From an uncultured delta proteobacterium (GTDB taxonomy: Bacteria > Myxococcota > Myxococcia > Myxococcales > Anaeromyxobacteraceae), in contig CAVYBH010000015.1 of assembly GCA_963766715.1 (NCBI GenBank), positions 32,001 to 96,000 on the forward strand: a stretch of 64,000 nucleotides of DNA, in the 5' to 3' direction. The notes beneath the pieces were generated by a model. That model was given only the letters and a program-made list of their open reading frames with translations. It was not told the DNA's origin and ran no database searches. Within the stretch, counting starts at the first letter, position 1; each line of letters starts with the position of its first letter. Made by a program: the position numbers and the translations under genes. This document shows positions 19,275 through 31,503 of this stretch, one piece after another.

Positions 19275-20402
19275 TCAGGCCAGCTGCCCGATGGTCTTGC
19301 GGAACCGGGCCAGGGAGACGAGGAAGAACACGGCGCCGATCCCCACGAGCGCGACGAACGGCGGCCAGACCACGTCGAGGCCGGCGCCCCGGTAGAGGAT
19401 GGCCTGGCGCAGCCGACGAAATGGGTGGTCGGCGCGGCCAGCATGAGTCCTGGACCAGCTCGGGCATGCTCTCGCGCGGCGTGCATGCCGCCCGAGAGCA
19501 TTTGCAGCGGCAGCAGGACCAGCATCATCAGCAGGCCGAACTGCGGCATCGAGCGCGCCAGGGTCGCCATGAAGATGCCCATCGACGTGGTGGCGAACAG
19601 GTGCAGCGCGCGCCGACCAGGAAGAGCGCCACCGAGCCCTCGATCGGCACGCCGCAATGCGCCCCTGGACGACGAAGACCAGCGAGACCGACGCGGCGAG
19701 CAGCACCACCAGCCCCATCGACCAGACTTGGCGAGCATGATCTCGGCGGGCGTGACCGGCATCACCAGCAGGTGCTCGATGGTGCCGTGCTCGCGTTCGC
19801 GGATCAGCGCCGCGCCGGTGAGGATGATCGACAGCATGGTCACGTTGTTGATGATCTCCATCAGGGAGCTGAACCACGATTGCTCGCAGCGTTGGGTTGA
19901 AGCGCGACGCGCAGCGCCAGATCCACCGGCGGCACTGCGACGCTGCGGTACCGCTGGACGAACTCGTTGACCTCGCCGATCGACGATCTGCTGGATGTAG
20001 CGCTGCCGGTGAAGGCCTGGCTCATGCGGGTGGCGTCGACGTTGAGCTGGATCGCCGGCGTGCGCCCGGCCAGCACGTCGCGCTGGAAGTTCGGCGGAAT
20101 GTCGAGCGCAAAGGTGTAGTCACCGCGTCCATGCCCGGCATCGACCTCGGCCAGGGCGATCCGTGCCGGCAGCTTGAAATGCGGCGGATAGAAGGCGGAC
20201 ACGATGCGCGCCGAGAGCGGCGAGCCGTCCTCGTCGACAATGGCGATCGGCGCATTGTGCAGGGTGTCGGGCATCGCCGTGGCAGCGACGTAGATCTGAG
20301 ACGGTGAAGGTGTAGACGATCAGCACCAGCATCATCGGGTCGCGCACCAGGCTCCACAGTTCCTTGACGCCCAGGCGGTAGACGTTCGCCAGGTGACGGC
20401 AT
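19275..20402 (-). CDS. yhhJ: ABC-2 permease, YhhJ-like; multiple frameshifts
   Basis: LGVKELWSL.RDPMMLVLI, APIAIVDED.SPLS, IQLNVDATRMSQAF, ALIREREHGTIEHLLVMP, ARSMPQFGLL. Confidence 0.82.
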
Positions 20403-20407
20403 GCACG

Positions 20408-23196
20408 TCAGCGCCTCCTGCTTCCTGAGCAGCGCGATCGCCAGGCCCGAGGATCACCGGGACGGCGACCAGCAGCGGCCAGAACGACGCGTGCAGGTCG
20501 GCAAAGCCAAGCGCCTTGCTGAACACGCCGCGGCTGATGGTCAGCAAATGCGTGGCCGGGTAAATCTCCCCGATGAACGCGCCCGATGCCCTCCAGCGAC
20601 GACACCGGGTTGAGCAGCCCGGAGAACTGCATCACCGGGATCATCGTGCCGACATGGTCAAGAACATCGCCGCGATCTGGCTGCGGGTGAAGGTCGAGGC
20701 GAGCAGGCCGAAGCCCGGTGGCGCTGAGGCATGAACAGGCAGCGCCGCCAGCAGCGAGCGTCAGGAAGCTGCCCTTGATCGGCACCCCGAACACGGTGAT
20801 CGCCGTCAGCGCTCATCAGCAGGAAGTTGACCATCGCCAGCGCGACGTAGGGCAACTGCTTGCCGAGCAGGAACTCGCTGCGCGTGACCGGCGTGACGTA
20901 GAGGTTGATGATCGAGCCCAGTTCCTTCTCGCGCACCACCGACAGCGCCGTCAGCATCGCCGGGATCATCAGCAGCAGCATCGGGATCACCGCCGGCACC
21001 ATCGCCGGCAGGCTCTTCACGTCCGGGTTGTAGCGAAAGCGGGTCTCGATGCGCGGCAGGCCGGTCGCGGCCGTCCGGCCGCAGCGCGCTTCGCCTGCTC
21101 CACGAGCCAGTCTGGTGCATGCCCTGAACGTAGCCGCGCACGGTCTCGGCGCGCTGCGGCATGGCGCCGTCGATCCAGGCGCCGATCTCCACGGCGTCGC
21201 CCGCGCTCCACGTCGCGCGCAAACCGGGCGGGATCTCGATGGCGAGCGACGAGTTCGCCGCTGCGCATGCGCCGGTCGAGCTCCGCATGGTCGGCGATCG
21301 GCGGCTGCTCGACGAAATAGCGCGAACCGGACGAGGTTGAGCGCGTAGTTCTGGCTCAGCGTGGTCTGGTCGCGGTCGAGCACGGCATAGGTGAGGTTCT
21401 CGACGTCCAGGCTGATGCCGTAGCCGATGCACGAACATCAGGATCAGCGGAGCCCAGCAGCGCCAGCGTCGCGCGCACCGGGTCGCGCCGCAGTTCCAGC
21501 GTCTCGCGCCGGGTGTAGCTCCAGGACGCGGTCGACCCGCGAGGCTGAACGGACGTCGTCGCGGGGCGGCGCCGGCGCGGCGTCGTTCGCCGGCCCGGCC
21601 GGCGGGTCGACGCCTGCGGGCGCCAGGGGCTCGCCGCGCCCCCGGCCTCCTCCAGGTAGCTCGATGAAGGCCTCCTCCAGGGTCGCGGCGCCGCGCTGGC
21701 GCACCAGCTCCGCCGGGCTATCGCTGACGAGCACCCGGCCGGCGTGCATCAGCGAGATGCGGTCGCAGCGCTCGGCCTCGTTCATGAAGTGGGTCGAGAT
21801 GAAGATCGTGACCTTGTCCCGGCGCGACAGGTCGATCAGCAGACTGCCAGAAGATGTCGCGCGCGATCGGATCGACGCCCGAGGTCGGCTCGTCGAGGAT
21901 CAGCAGCTCGGGCTCGTGCACCATCGCCACCGCCAGCGACAGGCGCTGGCGGATGCCCAGCGGCAGCTGTCCGGGCAGGGTGTCCAGCGACCTCGCTCAG
22001 CCCGAAGCGCCGCGACCAGCTCGTCCACCCGCGCCGGCATCTCGGCCTCGGGCACGTGGAACAGCCGCGCGTGCAGCACCAGGTTCTGGCGCACCGTCAG
22101 CTCGCCGTAGAGCGAGAAGCGCCTGCGACATGTAGCCCACGCGGCCCGCGTCGCCATGTCCTGCGCATCGACCGGCTGGCCGAAGAGCCAGGCGTGCCCT
22201 CGCTCGCGGGCAGGAGGCCGGTGAGCATCTTCATCGTCGTCGTCTTGCCGCAGCCGTTGGAGCCGAGGAAGCCGAAGATCTCGCCGCGCCGGATCCGGAA
22301 GCTCACATGGTCCACGGCGACGAAGTCGCCGAAGCGCATCGTCAGGTCCCTGGCCTCGATGGCTGATCTCGCTCCCCTGCCATCGTCGAGCGGCGGGATC
22401 ACGCACGGGCTGGTGCTCGCGCCGCTGCTTCCTCCGGCAGCAGCTGCGATGAACGCCTCCTCGAGCGAGACGGCCTCCGGTGCGGCGAGCAGGTTCGGCG
22501 GCGTGCCGGTGGCCAGCATCTTGCCGGCGTCCATCGCCACCAGCCAGTCGAAGCGCTCGGCCTCCTCCATGTAGGCGGTGGCGACGATCACGCTCATCGC
22601 CGGGCCGTCGCCGCGGATGTGCTCGATCAGGTCCCAGAACTGGCGCGCGACAGCGGGTCGACGCCGGTGGTCGGCTCGTCGAGGATCAGCAGGTCCGGGT
22701 CGTGGATCAGCGCGCAGCAGAGCCCGAGCTTCTGCTTCATGCCGCCGGAGAGCTTGCCCGCCGGGCGCGTCAGGAAGGGATGCAGGCCCGGTGCTGCGGG
22801 TCAGTTCGTCGATGCGGCGGCGGCGCTCGGCGGCGGTATGGCCGAACAGGCGGCCGAAGAACTGGAGGTTCTCCTCGACCGACAGCGTCGGGTAGAGGTT
22901 CCTGCCCAGGCCCTGCGGCATGTAGGCGATGCGCGGGCAGACGCCTCGCGGTGGCGCGCGCTGCGCCATGTCGCCGCCCAGCGCCTCCACGCAGCCCTGC
23001 TGCACCGCCCGCGCGCCGGCGACGAGCGCGAGCAGGCTCGACTTGCCCGACGCCGTCCGGGCCGATCAGGCCGACCATGGACCCGGCCGGGATCTCCAGC
23101 GTGACCCCGTCGAGCGCCGACGGTCTTGCCGTAGCGCAGGCTGCACGTCCCGGCAGGCGCACCGACGGCGCGGCAGTCGGTGCCGCCGACGGTCAT
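20408..23196 (-). CDS. rbbA: Ribosome-associated ATPase/ABC transporter RbbA (two ATPase domains plus permease); multiple frameshifts
   Basis: [90 protein letters not shown]. Confidence 0.87.
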
Positions 23197-24267
23197 TGCG
23201 GGAGCTTCACCGTCCAGTGCGGCCGGCCAGCGGCACCTGCGAATCCGAGCCTGCACCCAGGCGACGCCGGGCAGGCCGGTCTTGACCTGCTGCAGGTGCT
23301 TCTGCAGCAGGTCGCGATCGATCTGCGCCTTGACGCGGAACATCAGCTTCTGCCGCTCGCTGGCCGTCTCCACGGTCTTGGGCGTGAACTGCGCGGTACT
23401 GGCGACGAACGAGACCTTGGCCGGGATGACGACTGCGGGCGCGGCGTCGAGCACGATGCGAACTTCGCTGCCCGATCGCCAGCTTGCCGGCAACGGTCTC
23501 GGGCAGGAAGAAGGTCATGTAGACATCGGTCAGGTCGACCAGGTTGAGCACCTTGCCGCCGCCGCCGACCACCTCGCCCGGCTCGGCAACGCGGTACTGC
23601 ACCCGGCCGTCGCGCGGCGCCCGGAGCTCGCAGTCCGCGATGTCGACGTCGATGCGGGCGATGGTCGCCTCGGCTGCACGCACCGTTGAGCGCGCCCCGG
23701 TGACCTGCGTGCGCGCGGCGGCGATGGTCGCCTGCGCGGCGTTGACCTGGGCCCGGGACGCCGCAGTGCGGCCTCGTCGCTGCGCACGCGCGCGCGGTCG
23801 TCGTCGAGTTGCTGCTGCGTCAGGCTGCCCGCCGCGGCGAGCATCTCGGAGCGCTCCAGGCGGCGCTGCGCGGCGTCGAGGTCGCTCTCGCGCTGCACGA
23901 CCAGTGCGTCCACGGCCGCGCGGTCGCTCTCGCGCAGGGCGACCTGGGCTTCCGCGCTGGCCACCCCCTGGAGCGCCTGCTGCCGGTGGGCGCGCGCCTC
24001 GTCGCGCTGGGCCTGCAGGCTCTCCACCTGCATGCGGGCCAGCAGCTGGCCTGCCTTGACGAAGTCGCCATCGGCGACGAACATGTCCTCGAGGCGCCCT
24101 GGCAGCTTCGTGGCGACGTCGACCTCGGTCGCCTCGATGCGGCCGTTGCCGCTCGAGAAGCCCTCGCCGGGGCCGTTCTTGCGGAGGGCAACGTAGGCGG
24201 ACACGCCTGCTGCTGCCACCGCCACCACCACGACGATGGGGACGAGCCTTTTCAGCGTGGGATTCAA
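23193..24267 (-). CDS. yhiI: HlyD-family periplasmic adaptor, YhiI-like; frameshifts
   Basis: [71 protein letters not shown] overlap with rbbA. Confidence 0.85.
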
Positions 24268-24456
24268 GATGTCGCCCCCTGGACGGAGAGTACCAGCCGC
24301 GTCAGGGGAAGGTTCGGTCCCGGGGGGGCTGCCCGCGCCCGCGTTGCGTGATCGCGGTGGCCCGGATGGGGCTCGAACGTGGACTCCTCGGGGCGATCTC
24401 GTCGCTCCACGGGCGGAAAAGCCGAGGGCCCGGAGTGGCTGAAGTTCGACGTGGAG

Positions 24457-24654
24457 CTAGGCGCCTACTCGTCGTCTCTTCGTGCCTCGACCGTGAACTG
24501 CGCCGTCGTCGCCCCGGTGGACGGAGAGCTCGATCGGGCGGCAACAGACGGGGCAGTCCTCGACGTAGCGCTGCGAGTTCCTGCCCCCTTCGTCGATCGA
24601 GATGGGGACGGTCTCGCCGCAGTATGGGCATTCGACGTCCATGGGCCTCGCCAT
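24457..24654 (-). CDS. CPXCG-motif cysteine-rich small protein
   Basis: VECPYCGE...[13 protein letters not shown]. The C-terminus is probably frameshifted (alternative end [10 protein letters not shown]). Confidence 0.85.
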   Translation of the reverse strand: MARPMDVECPYCGETVPISIDEGGRNSQRYVEDCPVCCRPIELSVHRGDDGAVHGRGTKRRRVGA

Positions 24655-24712
24655 AGCGGCCGGCGGCGCGGGACGCATGTCCTGGAGCAGGCGGCCCGTT
24701 AAGAAGGAGCAC

Positions 24713-25365
24713 GTGAACCTGAACGATCCCAGGCAGGCCGTGCCCGGCGGTGGAGCGGGTACCTCTCGCTCGCCTGCGCCGCGGCTGCCCTCGCGGCCCC
24801 GGCGCCTGCCCTGGCCCAAGGCAAGAAGGAGACGCCCGTGAGCAGTTCCCCTGTCGTCGAGAAGCCGGTGAAGGACCGCGAGGTGGCCGTCCTGGCGGGC
24901 GGCTGCTTCTGGGGCATGCAGGACATCCTGCGCAAGATCCCGGGGGTCCTCGAGACGCAGGCCGGGTACACCGGCGGCTGGCTCGAGAATCCGCGCTACG
25001 ACGACACCCACGACTCGAAGTCGGGCCACGCCGAGTCGGTCCGCGTCGTGTTCGATCCGCGGCTGATCTCCTACGAGGACCTGCTCGAGAAATGGTTTTT
25101 CCGCATGCACGACCCGACCACGCTCAACCGGCAGGGCAACGACGTCGGCACGCAGTACCGGAGCGCCATCTTCTACGAGGACGAGGCGCAGAAGGCCACG
25201 GCCGAGGCGGTGAAGGCCCGCGTCCAGGCCTCCGGCAAGTGGAAGGGGAAGATCGTCACCGAGATCGTGAAGGCCTCGACCTGGTATCCGGCCGAGGGCT
25301 ACCACCAGGACTACTTGCAGAGGAACCCCGGCGGCTACACCTGCCACTTCCTGCGGAACTGGTGA
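24713..25365 (+). CDS. msrA: Peptide-methionine (S)-S-oxide reductase MsrA with probable export signal; frameshift at ~24725
   Basis: [56 protein letters not shown]. The in-frame upstream segment resembles a signal peptide; AAGGAG RBS before GTG 24713. Confidence 0.92.
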
Positions 25366-25396
25366 CGCCCGGGTCGCGCAGGAGCGAGCCGGGCGC

Positions 25397-26272
25397 TCAG
25401 TGGGTGACCGACCGGGCGGCCTCGTCCGACATCGCGGCGTACCGGGGACCCGATCGGATGAAGGTGATCGAGGTCTGCGTTGAAGTCGTCGGCGCGCGTG
25501 GTGGCGAGCCCATGGGGCGCGCCCTTGTAGACCTTCAGCGTCGCACCCTGGATCGAGTTTCGCGGTCCGGAGCGCCGAGGTCGCGATCGGGACGATCTGA
25601 TCGTCGTCGCCGTGGACGATGAGCGTCGGCACGTCGAACTCCCTCAGGTCCTCCGTGAAGTCCGTCTCGGAGAACTGCTTGATGCAGTCGAGCTCGCCCT
25701 TCACGCCCCCTTGCATCCCCTGGAGCCAGAACGCGTCGATGGCGCCCTGGGAGACCTTGGCGCCCTCGCGGTTGTAGCCGTAGAAGGGAATCGCCAGGTC
25801 CCGGAAGAACTGCGAACGGTTCGTTCGCACGCCCGCGCGGATCTTGTCGAACGCGGCGAGCGGCAGGCCACCCGGATTCGACTGCGTCTGGAGCATCAGC
25901 GGGGGAACCGCGCCCGAGCAGGACGACCTTCGCCACCCTCCCCGTCCCGTGCCGGCCGATGTAGCGGGCGACCTCGCCGCCTCCGGTCGAATGCCCGACC
26001 AGGACGACGTCGCGCAGGTCGAGCGCATCGATGAGCCCGGCCAGGTCGTCGGCATAGGTGTCCATGTCGTTGCCGTTCCACGTCTGGCTGGAACGGCCGT
26101 GGCTGCGCCGGTCGTGGGCGATGACGCGGTTCCCTCGCTCGCCCAGGAACACCATCTGGGCGTCCCAGGCGTCGGCGCTGAGCGGCCACCCGTGGGAGAA
26201 GACGACCGGCTGCCCGGTGCCCCAGTCCTTGTAGAAGATCTCGGTTCCGTCTCGCGTCGTGTACGTGCTCAT
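25397..26272 (-). CDS. Non-heme chloroperoxidase / arylesterase (alpha/beta hydrolase); three frameshifts
   Basis: [49 protein letters not shown]. Confidence 0.92.
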
Positions 26273-26379
26273 GCACGCAACACTGCGCGATCGGGCACCG
26301 CGGATCCACGGACGGTCCAGCTAATCCGGGTACACTATAAGTAAGTACTGACTCCTCCGGGGCTTCATCCCAGGTGGTC

Positions 26380-26742
26380 TCACCACTCCACCAGCACCTG
26401 GAATCCGCCCATCGCGAAGCGCTTCGGATCGAAGGGCATCGAATCCTTCATGACGGGGTCGTTCATGCGCGGGTCCTTCATCACCGCCGCGGTGACCTTG
26501 TCGCGGTGGGCGCGCGACCTGTAGACGACCCAGGAGAAGACCACCGTCTCGCCGGCCTTGAGCTTCGCCATGCGCGGAAAGCCCATGCCGAACGGGACCT
26601 TCAGGTCGTCGCCGACGCATTCGGCGTACGCGAGCGCACCGTGCTCCTTCCAGAGCTTCGCGCCCAGCTTCGCCATGCGCAGGTAGGCCTTCACCTTCTT
26701 CTTCGGGATGGGGATGACGAAGCCGTCGACGTACCGCGCCAT
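26380..26742 (-). CDS. DUF1428 (YbaA-like) protein
   Basis: YVDGFVIPIP..W.EHGAL.Y.EC.GDD..ETVVFSW..HRD..MPFDPKR.AMGGF; AAGGAG RBS. Confidence 0.92.
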   Translation of the reverse strand: MARYVDGFVIPIPKKKVKAYLRMAKLGAKLWKEHGALAYAECVGDDLKVPFGMGFPRMAKLKAGETVVFSWVVYRSRAHRDKVTAAVMKDPRMNDPVMKDSMPFDPKRFAMGGFQVLVEW

Positions 26743-26792
26743 GGAGCGCTCCTTTCGGTGGAGCGCTTCATAGCGAGCAGGGACTGCGGGTG

Positions 26793-27158
26793 CTACGCCA
26801 AGTCCCTCGTCAGGTCCCTCAGGCCAACCCCCCGGTGGTCGTGGCGGCGGGCGTGGTCCGCCAGTTGCCGCCGTGCCTCCCGGAACGCTGCGTCGATGGC
26901 GGCGTCCAGGTCCTCGTGGAACTCGGCCTTCGGCGCGTTGCGCCCCACCACGAGCTTCTCGCCGGGGACCGTGAGCTCGATCCGGGCCCGGCAGTGCTGC
27001 CCCATCCGGTGGTGCCGGCCCGGCCCCTCCAGGGTGACCTTGCAGCCGACGATGCGCTGGAAGTGGCGCTCCAGCTTCTCGGCCTTGGCTCGAACCCGCT
27101 CCGAGACGACTTCGGAAGGAGTCACGCCACGAAACGCGATCTGAATCGGCTTCTGCAT
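26793..27158 (-). CDS. HPF/RaiA family ribosome-associated protein
   Basis: MQKPIQIAFRG..SE..KAEKLE..I.GC.V..HEDLDAAIDAAF.EARRQL; AGGAGG RBS. Confidence 0.88.
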   Translation of the reverse strand: MQKPIQIAFRGVTPSEVVSERVRAKAEKLERHFQRIVGCKVTLEGPGRHHRMGQHCRARIELTVPGEKLVVGRNAPKAEFHEDLDAAIDAAFREARRQLADHARRHDHRGVGLRDLTRDLA

Positions 27159-27222
27159 GCGAGCCTCCTGAAAGGAGCATAGGCCGCGCAACCGGACGTG
27201 GCGGCCGCTCTTTCGGGGTGCC

Positions 27223-28918
27223 CTACCCGAGCAACCGGTACTGGACCTTCGGCGCCCGCCGCTCCACCACCCGTTCCGCCGCGTGGGCCAGCCGCAGCAG
27301 CGTGTGCTCGTGCCAGTAGCGGCCGATGGCCTGCAGGCCGACGGGCAGTCCGCCCGCGTCGTATCCGGCCGGGATCGAGATGGCCGGGTGGCCGGTGAGG
27401 TTCGCGAGCGTCGAGAAGCGCATGATGTCCAGGGTGGTCGTGAGGTCCGACTCGCCGCAGGGGAGCGCATCGTCCCGGAGGGGCGGCGCCGTGATTCCGG
27501 TCGACAGGCGTGACGATGGCGTCGACCTGGGCGAGGACCCGCTCCACGTGGCCGATGGCCCGGGTGCGGATCCGCTGCGCCTGCGCGTAATCCCGCGAGG
27601 TGAGCGCGCGGGCGAGCGCGAGGCTCACGCGCACGTCGAGGCCGAAGTCGCGCCTGTGCGCCCGGTAATCCCGCTCCACCCCGGTGGCCATCTCCGAGAT
27701 GATGGTGACCAGGTGCGCGATGCGCGACGCGTCGAGCTCGGGGATCTCGATCTCCCGCACCTCCGCGCCCATTGCCTTCAGGCCCTCGACCAGCCTCGAG
27801 CAGCCCTCCACCATGGCGGGCGACGCGTGCTCGAACCACGGGCGATAGACGCCGAGCACGAGCCCGCGAAGGTCCAGGTCGTCGAAGCCCTCGAGCGTCA
27901 CCGGCGGTTGCCGCCTCGTGCCGGGGTCCTTCGGATCCGGGCCGGCCATCACGGCGTAGGCGATCGCCGCGTCCTGGGCCGACCCTGCGATGGGGCCGTA
28001 GTGGTCGACGGTCCAGGCGAGCGGCGCGGATCCGAAGCTGCTCACCCGGGCATAGGTGGGGCTGAGGCCGACCTGCCCGCAGAACGCCGAGGGGATGCGA
28101 ATCGAGCCGCCGCCGTCCGCACCCAGCGCCACCGGGCACAGCCCCGCGGCGACAGCGGCCGCCGACCCGCTCGAGCTGCCCCCGGAGACGTGCAGCGGGT
28201 CGTGGGGGTTCCGGGTCGCGCCGTGGTGGGGATTCACGCCGGTCACGCCAATCCCGATCTCGTGCATGTTCGACTTGCCCACGAGCAGCGCCCCGGCGGC
28301 TCGCAGCCGCGCGACCGCGGTGGCGTCCTCCCTCGCCGGCGACCGGCCCAGGAACGACGTCCCCACGGTGGTGGGGTACGGCACCATGTCGAACTCCTCC
28401 TTCACCGCCACCGGGACGCCGTCGAGCACGCCGAGCGGCCGCCCGTCGCGGAAACGCTGGGCGGACGCGCGCGCCTGGGCCAGGAGATCCTCCTGCAGGC
28501 AGGCGACGATGGCGCGGAGCGGTTCTGGCCGGGCGTCGCTCTCGGCGATGGCCGCGATCACCTTCTCGGCCACCTGGACCGGAGTCGCGCTGCCCGAGAG
28601 GTAGGCAGACGCGTAGTCGCGGATGGTGGGCAGCCCGGATCCCGCGGGGCCCCCGCGCCTCGTCGCCAGGAAGGGCGACAGGTCGAACGGGCCATCCTGC
28701 GCGACGGGTCCGTCGCACGGTGCGTGCGGGCGGTAGGTGGGCGGCTCGTCCACGGCCATCTTGCGCAGGGTCGAGATCCCGCCCGTCTCGAGCATCTGCC
28801 GGACGAGCAGCCCGCTCGTGGCAGGGTTCTCCAACAGCGCGACGAACGCCTTGAGCTTCCATCCGGCCAGGCGGGGGAGATGGACGGACTCGAGGTCGTA
28901 GCGGGAGGGGTTGGCCAT
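27223..28918 (-). CDS. Amidase-signature enzyme, plant FAAH-like; frameshift at ~27505
   Basis: LDGVPVAVKEE (Lys), GGSSSGSA, GADGGGSIRIPS (Ser-cisSer-Lys triad), ANLTGHPAISIPAG, GLPVGLQ. Confidence 0.93.
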
Positions 28919-29064
28919 GGGCACCTCGGCCGGACCTTACGTCATTCTTCGCTTACGCCCCAAGCGCCCCTGGACCCGTTTCCACGCTCAGCAAAGAACC
29001 CGCACTCGCGGCCCGAGGTTCGAGGAGCCTTCCTCGTCCGGGACCGGTCCAGGGGGGAACACCG

Positions 29065-29352
29065 ATGTCCTACGTGATCGTGCATCACTTTCCCGGCGGC
29101 ACGAAGCAGCAGTACGAGGCCTCCATCGCGGCCGTCCATCCCGGCAGGGAGACCCTGCCGAAGGGGCAGATCCACCACGTCGCCGGCCCGTCGTCCGGCG
29201 GCTGGACAATCGTGGTGACCTACGACTCCAAGGAGAACTGGCAGAAGTTCCGCGATGGCGTCCTGATGCCGAAGATGAAGGCGGGCATCCCGGGCGGGTT
29301 CGCCACGCCGCCGCAGGAGACGAGCTTCGACGTCTACAACCAGCAGCCCTGA
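29065..29352 (+). CDS. Small hypothetical protein (possible ABM-like dimeric alpha+beta barrel)
   Basis: Clean codon usage and AGGGGG RBS; PKGQIHHVAGP..GWTIVVTYDSKENWQKF. Confidence 0.75.
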   Translation: MSYVIVHHFPGGTKQQYEASIAAVHPGRETLPKGQIHHVAGPSSGGWTIVVTYDSKENWQKFRDGVLMPKMKAGIPGGFATPPQETSFDVYNQQP

Positions 29353-29410
29353 GGCTTTCGGCGACGAGAACCTGGCGCTCAGTCCCTGACGAGGACCCTG
29401 GCCTCGCGCG

Positions 29411-31503
29411 TCAGGCCTCGGGGACCAGCCCCTGGGCCGCCTTCTGGCGGTGGAGCATGGCCTCGAACTCGGGGGCGGGGACGGGCTTGCCGAAGTGGTA
29501 GCCCTGGGCCCTGTCGCACCCCTTCGACAGGAGGTACTCGAGCTGATCCTGGCGCTCCACGCCCTCGGCCAGGACCTCCATGCTCATGGCCTGCGCCATC
29601 CCGATGATCGCGTTCACGATGGCGCGGTCCTGCGGGTCGTCCATCATGTCCTTGATGAAGGCCCGGTCGATCTTGAGGGTCTGGATGGGAAACCGCTTGA
29701 GGTAGGCCAGCGACGAGTAGCCCGTGCCGAAGTCGTCGATCGCCACGCGCATGCCCTCCGCGCGAAGCCCCTGCAGGATGTGGAGGGTCTTCTGGAAGTC
29801 GTGCATGGCGACCGACTCGGTGATCTCGATCTCGAGGTGGCGCGGGTCGAGCCCCGCCTCTCGCACCAGGCCAGAGACCTTGGCCGCCAGGCCGGTGTTC
29901 TGGAAGTCCCGTCCCGAGAGGTTCACCGCCACCACGAGGGAGGGCAACTCCTGGTCCTGCCAGGCCTTCAGCTGCCGGCAAGCTTCCCGGACCACCTGCT
30001 CCGTGATGGCGACGATGATCCCCGTCTCCTCGGCCAGGGGGATGAACTCCATCGGGGGAACGAGCCCCGTCTCCGGATTCACCAGGCGTACGAGCGCCTC
30101 GGCGCCGACGATGCGCCGGGTCCACAATCCACCGCCGGCTGGTAGTGCACGACGAACCGCTTCTTCTCGACGGCGTCGGCCAGCTCCGCCTCCAGGCCGA
30201 TGCGCCGGGACACGCTCCGGCTCATCTCCGGCGAGAACATCTGGACCTGGTTGCGCCCCAGCCGGCGCGCGCGGGACAGCGCGACGTCGCACTGCTTGAG
30301 CAGGGAGGAAACCGTCTCCGTCGCGTCCTGGCCCGCCAGGGTCACGCCCGCACAGGCGGTGAAGTGGACGGTCATCTGGTCCACCGAGGTTCCCTGCGAG
30401 AGGAGGTCGAGGATTCGCTGCACCACCAGGGTCGTCGAGTACTTGCTCTCCAGATTGGTGAGGAGGAGGCCGAACTCGTTGGGCGAGATGCGGGCGACCA
30501 TGTCGGTCTCCCGCAGGCTTCCCGCCAGCGAGCCCGCGAAGCTCCGCAGGATGCGGCCACCGACGTGATCGCCGTACTCGTTGACGAACTCGCGGAAGAG
30601 GTCGAAGCGGAGGATCGCCACGGCGAACCGCTCCTCGTAGCGGCGCGCCCGGGCAAGCTCCTCTCCGAGGCGCTGCACGAAGCGCGCCCGGTTGGGGAGC
30701 CCCGTCAGCGCGTCGTGGAGCACGAGGGGGGTGAGGCGTCCCTCCCGCTGCCGCCGCCGCGTGATGTCCCGCAGGAAGGCGATGACCTCGGATTCGCCGC
30801 TCGCAATCGTGCGAGCCTCCAGGTGGCGCATCCTCCGGACGCCAGGAAGCTGGAACTCGGCGGAGTGAAGCCCACCGGTCTCGAGCGACCGCTTCACCAG
30901 CTCCAGGGCCTGCGCGGCCACGTCCGGGGGCAGCACGTCGGAGAGGTTCTTCCCGAGGTATCCCTCGTATCGCGAGCGGCGGACCCGGCTCTGCTCCATC
31001 CGGGCCTCGAGGAGCACGCCGTCGCGCGAGATCCGGAGGACGAGATCGGGAATGGCCTGCAGGAGGGCCCGGCTGGTCCCGTCGGCGCGGTACGCCTCGT
31101 CGGAGGCCTGTCCGGCCCGGATGAGGTGGTCGACGCGGAAGCCGAGGATGCTCCCGTGGATCGGCTTCGTGGCGAAATCCGTGGCGCCGGCCTCGAACGC
31201 GTGGCGGATGGATTCCACGTCGTCGAGACCGGTCATCATGAGGATCGGGGTGCGACCGCCCGAGGGCAGGGCGCGGATCGCGGCGCAGGCCGCGAAGCCA
31301 TCCATCTCGGGCATCGCGGCGTCCATCAGGACGAGGGCCGGTCGCAGCCGCTTGAAGGCCACGACACCCTCCCGGCCGTTCGCAGCCTCCTCCACGTCGA
31401 ACCCGGCGTTCTCGAGAGCGGCCCGGGCGATGAGGCGAGGCACGACGTCGTCGTCCACGACGAGCACGAGCGGGCGGTCCGCGGGGTCGTGGACGCGCCT
31501 CAC
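29411..31503 (-). CDS. REC-PAS-GGDEF(degenerate)-EAL c-di-GMP phosphodiesterase; frameshift at ~30126
   Basis: LVVDDD/LMD..MP REC; IPDLVLRISRDG PAS; HDALTGLPNR..RISPNEF; HYQP, AEALVR, EITES, DDFGTGYSS, LKIDR, AEGVE. Confidence 0.92.

Noticed and set aside
16296..24267. Calling the frameshifted genes pseudogenes or programmed frameshifts
   Set aside because: Indels affect many unrelated genes, catalytic motifs stay intact, I saw no accumulation of nonsense codons or slippery-site pattern, and sites favour homopolymers and GATC. Sequencing error is more parsimonious.
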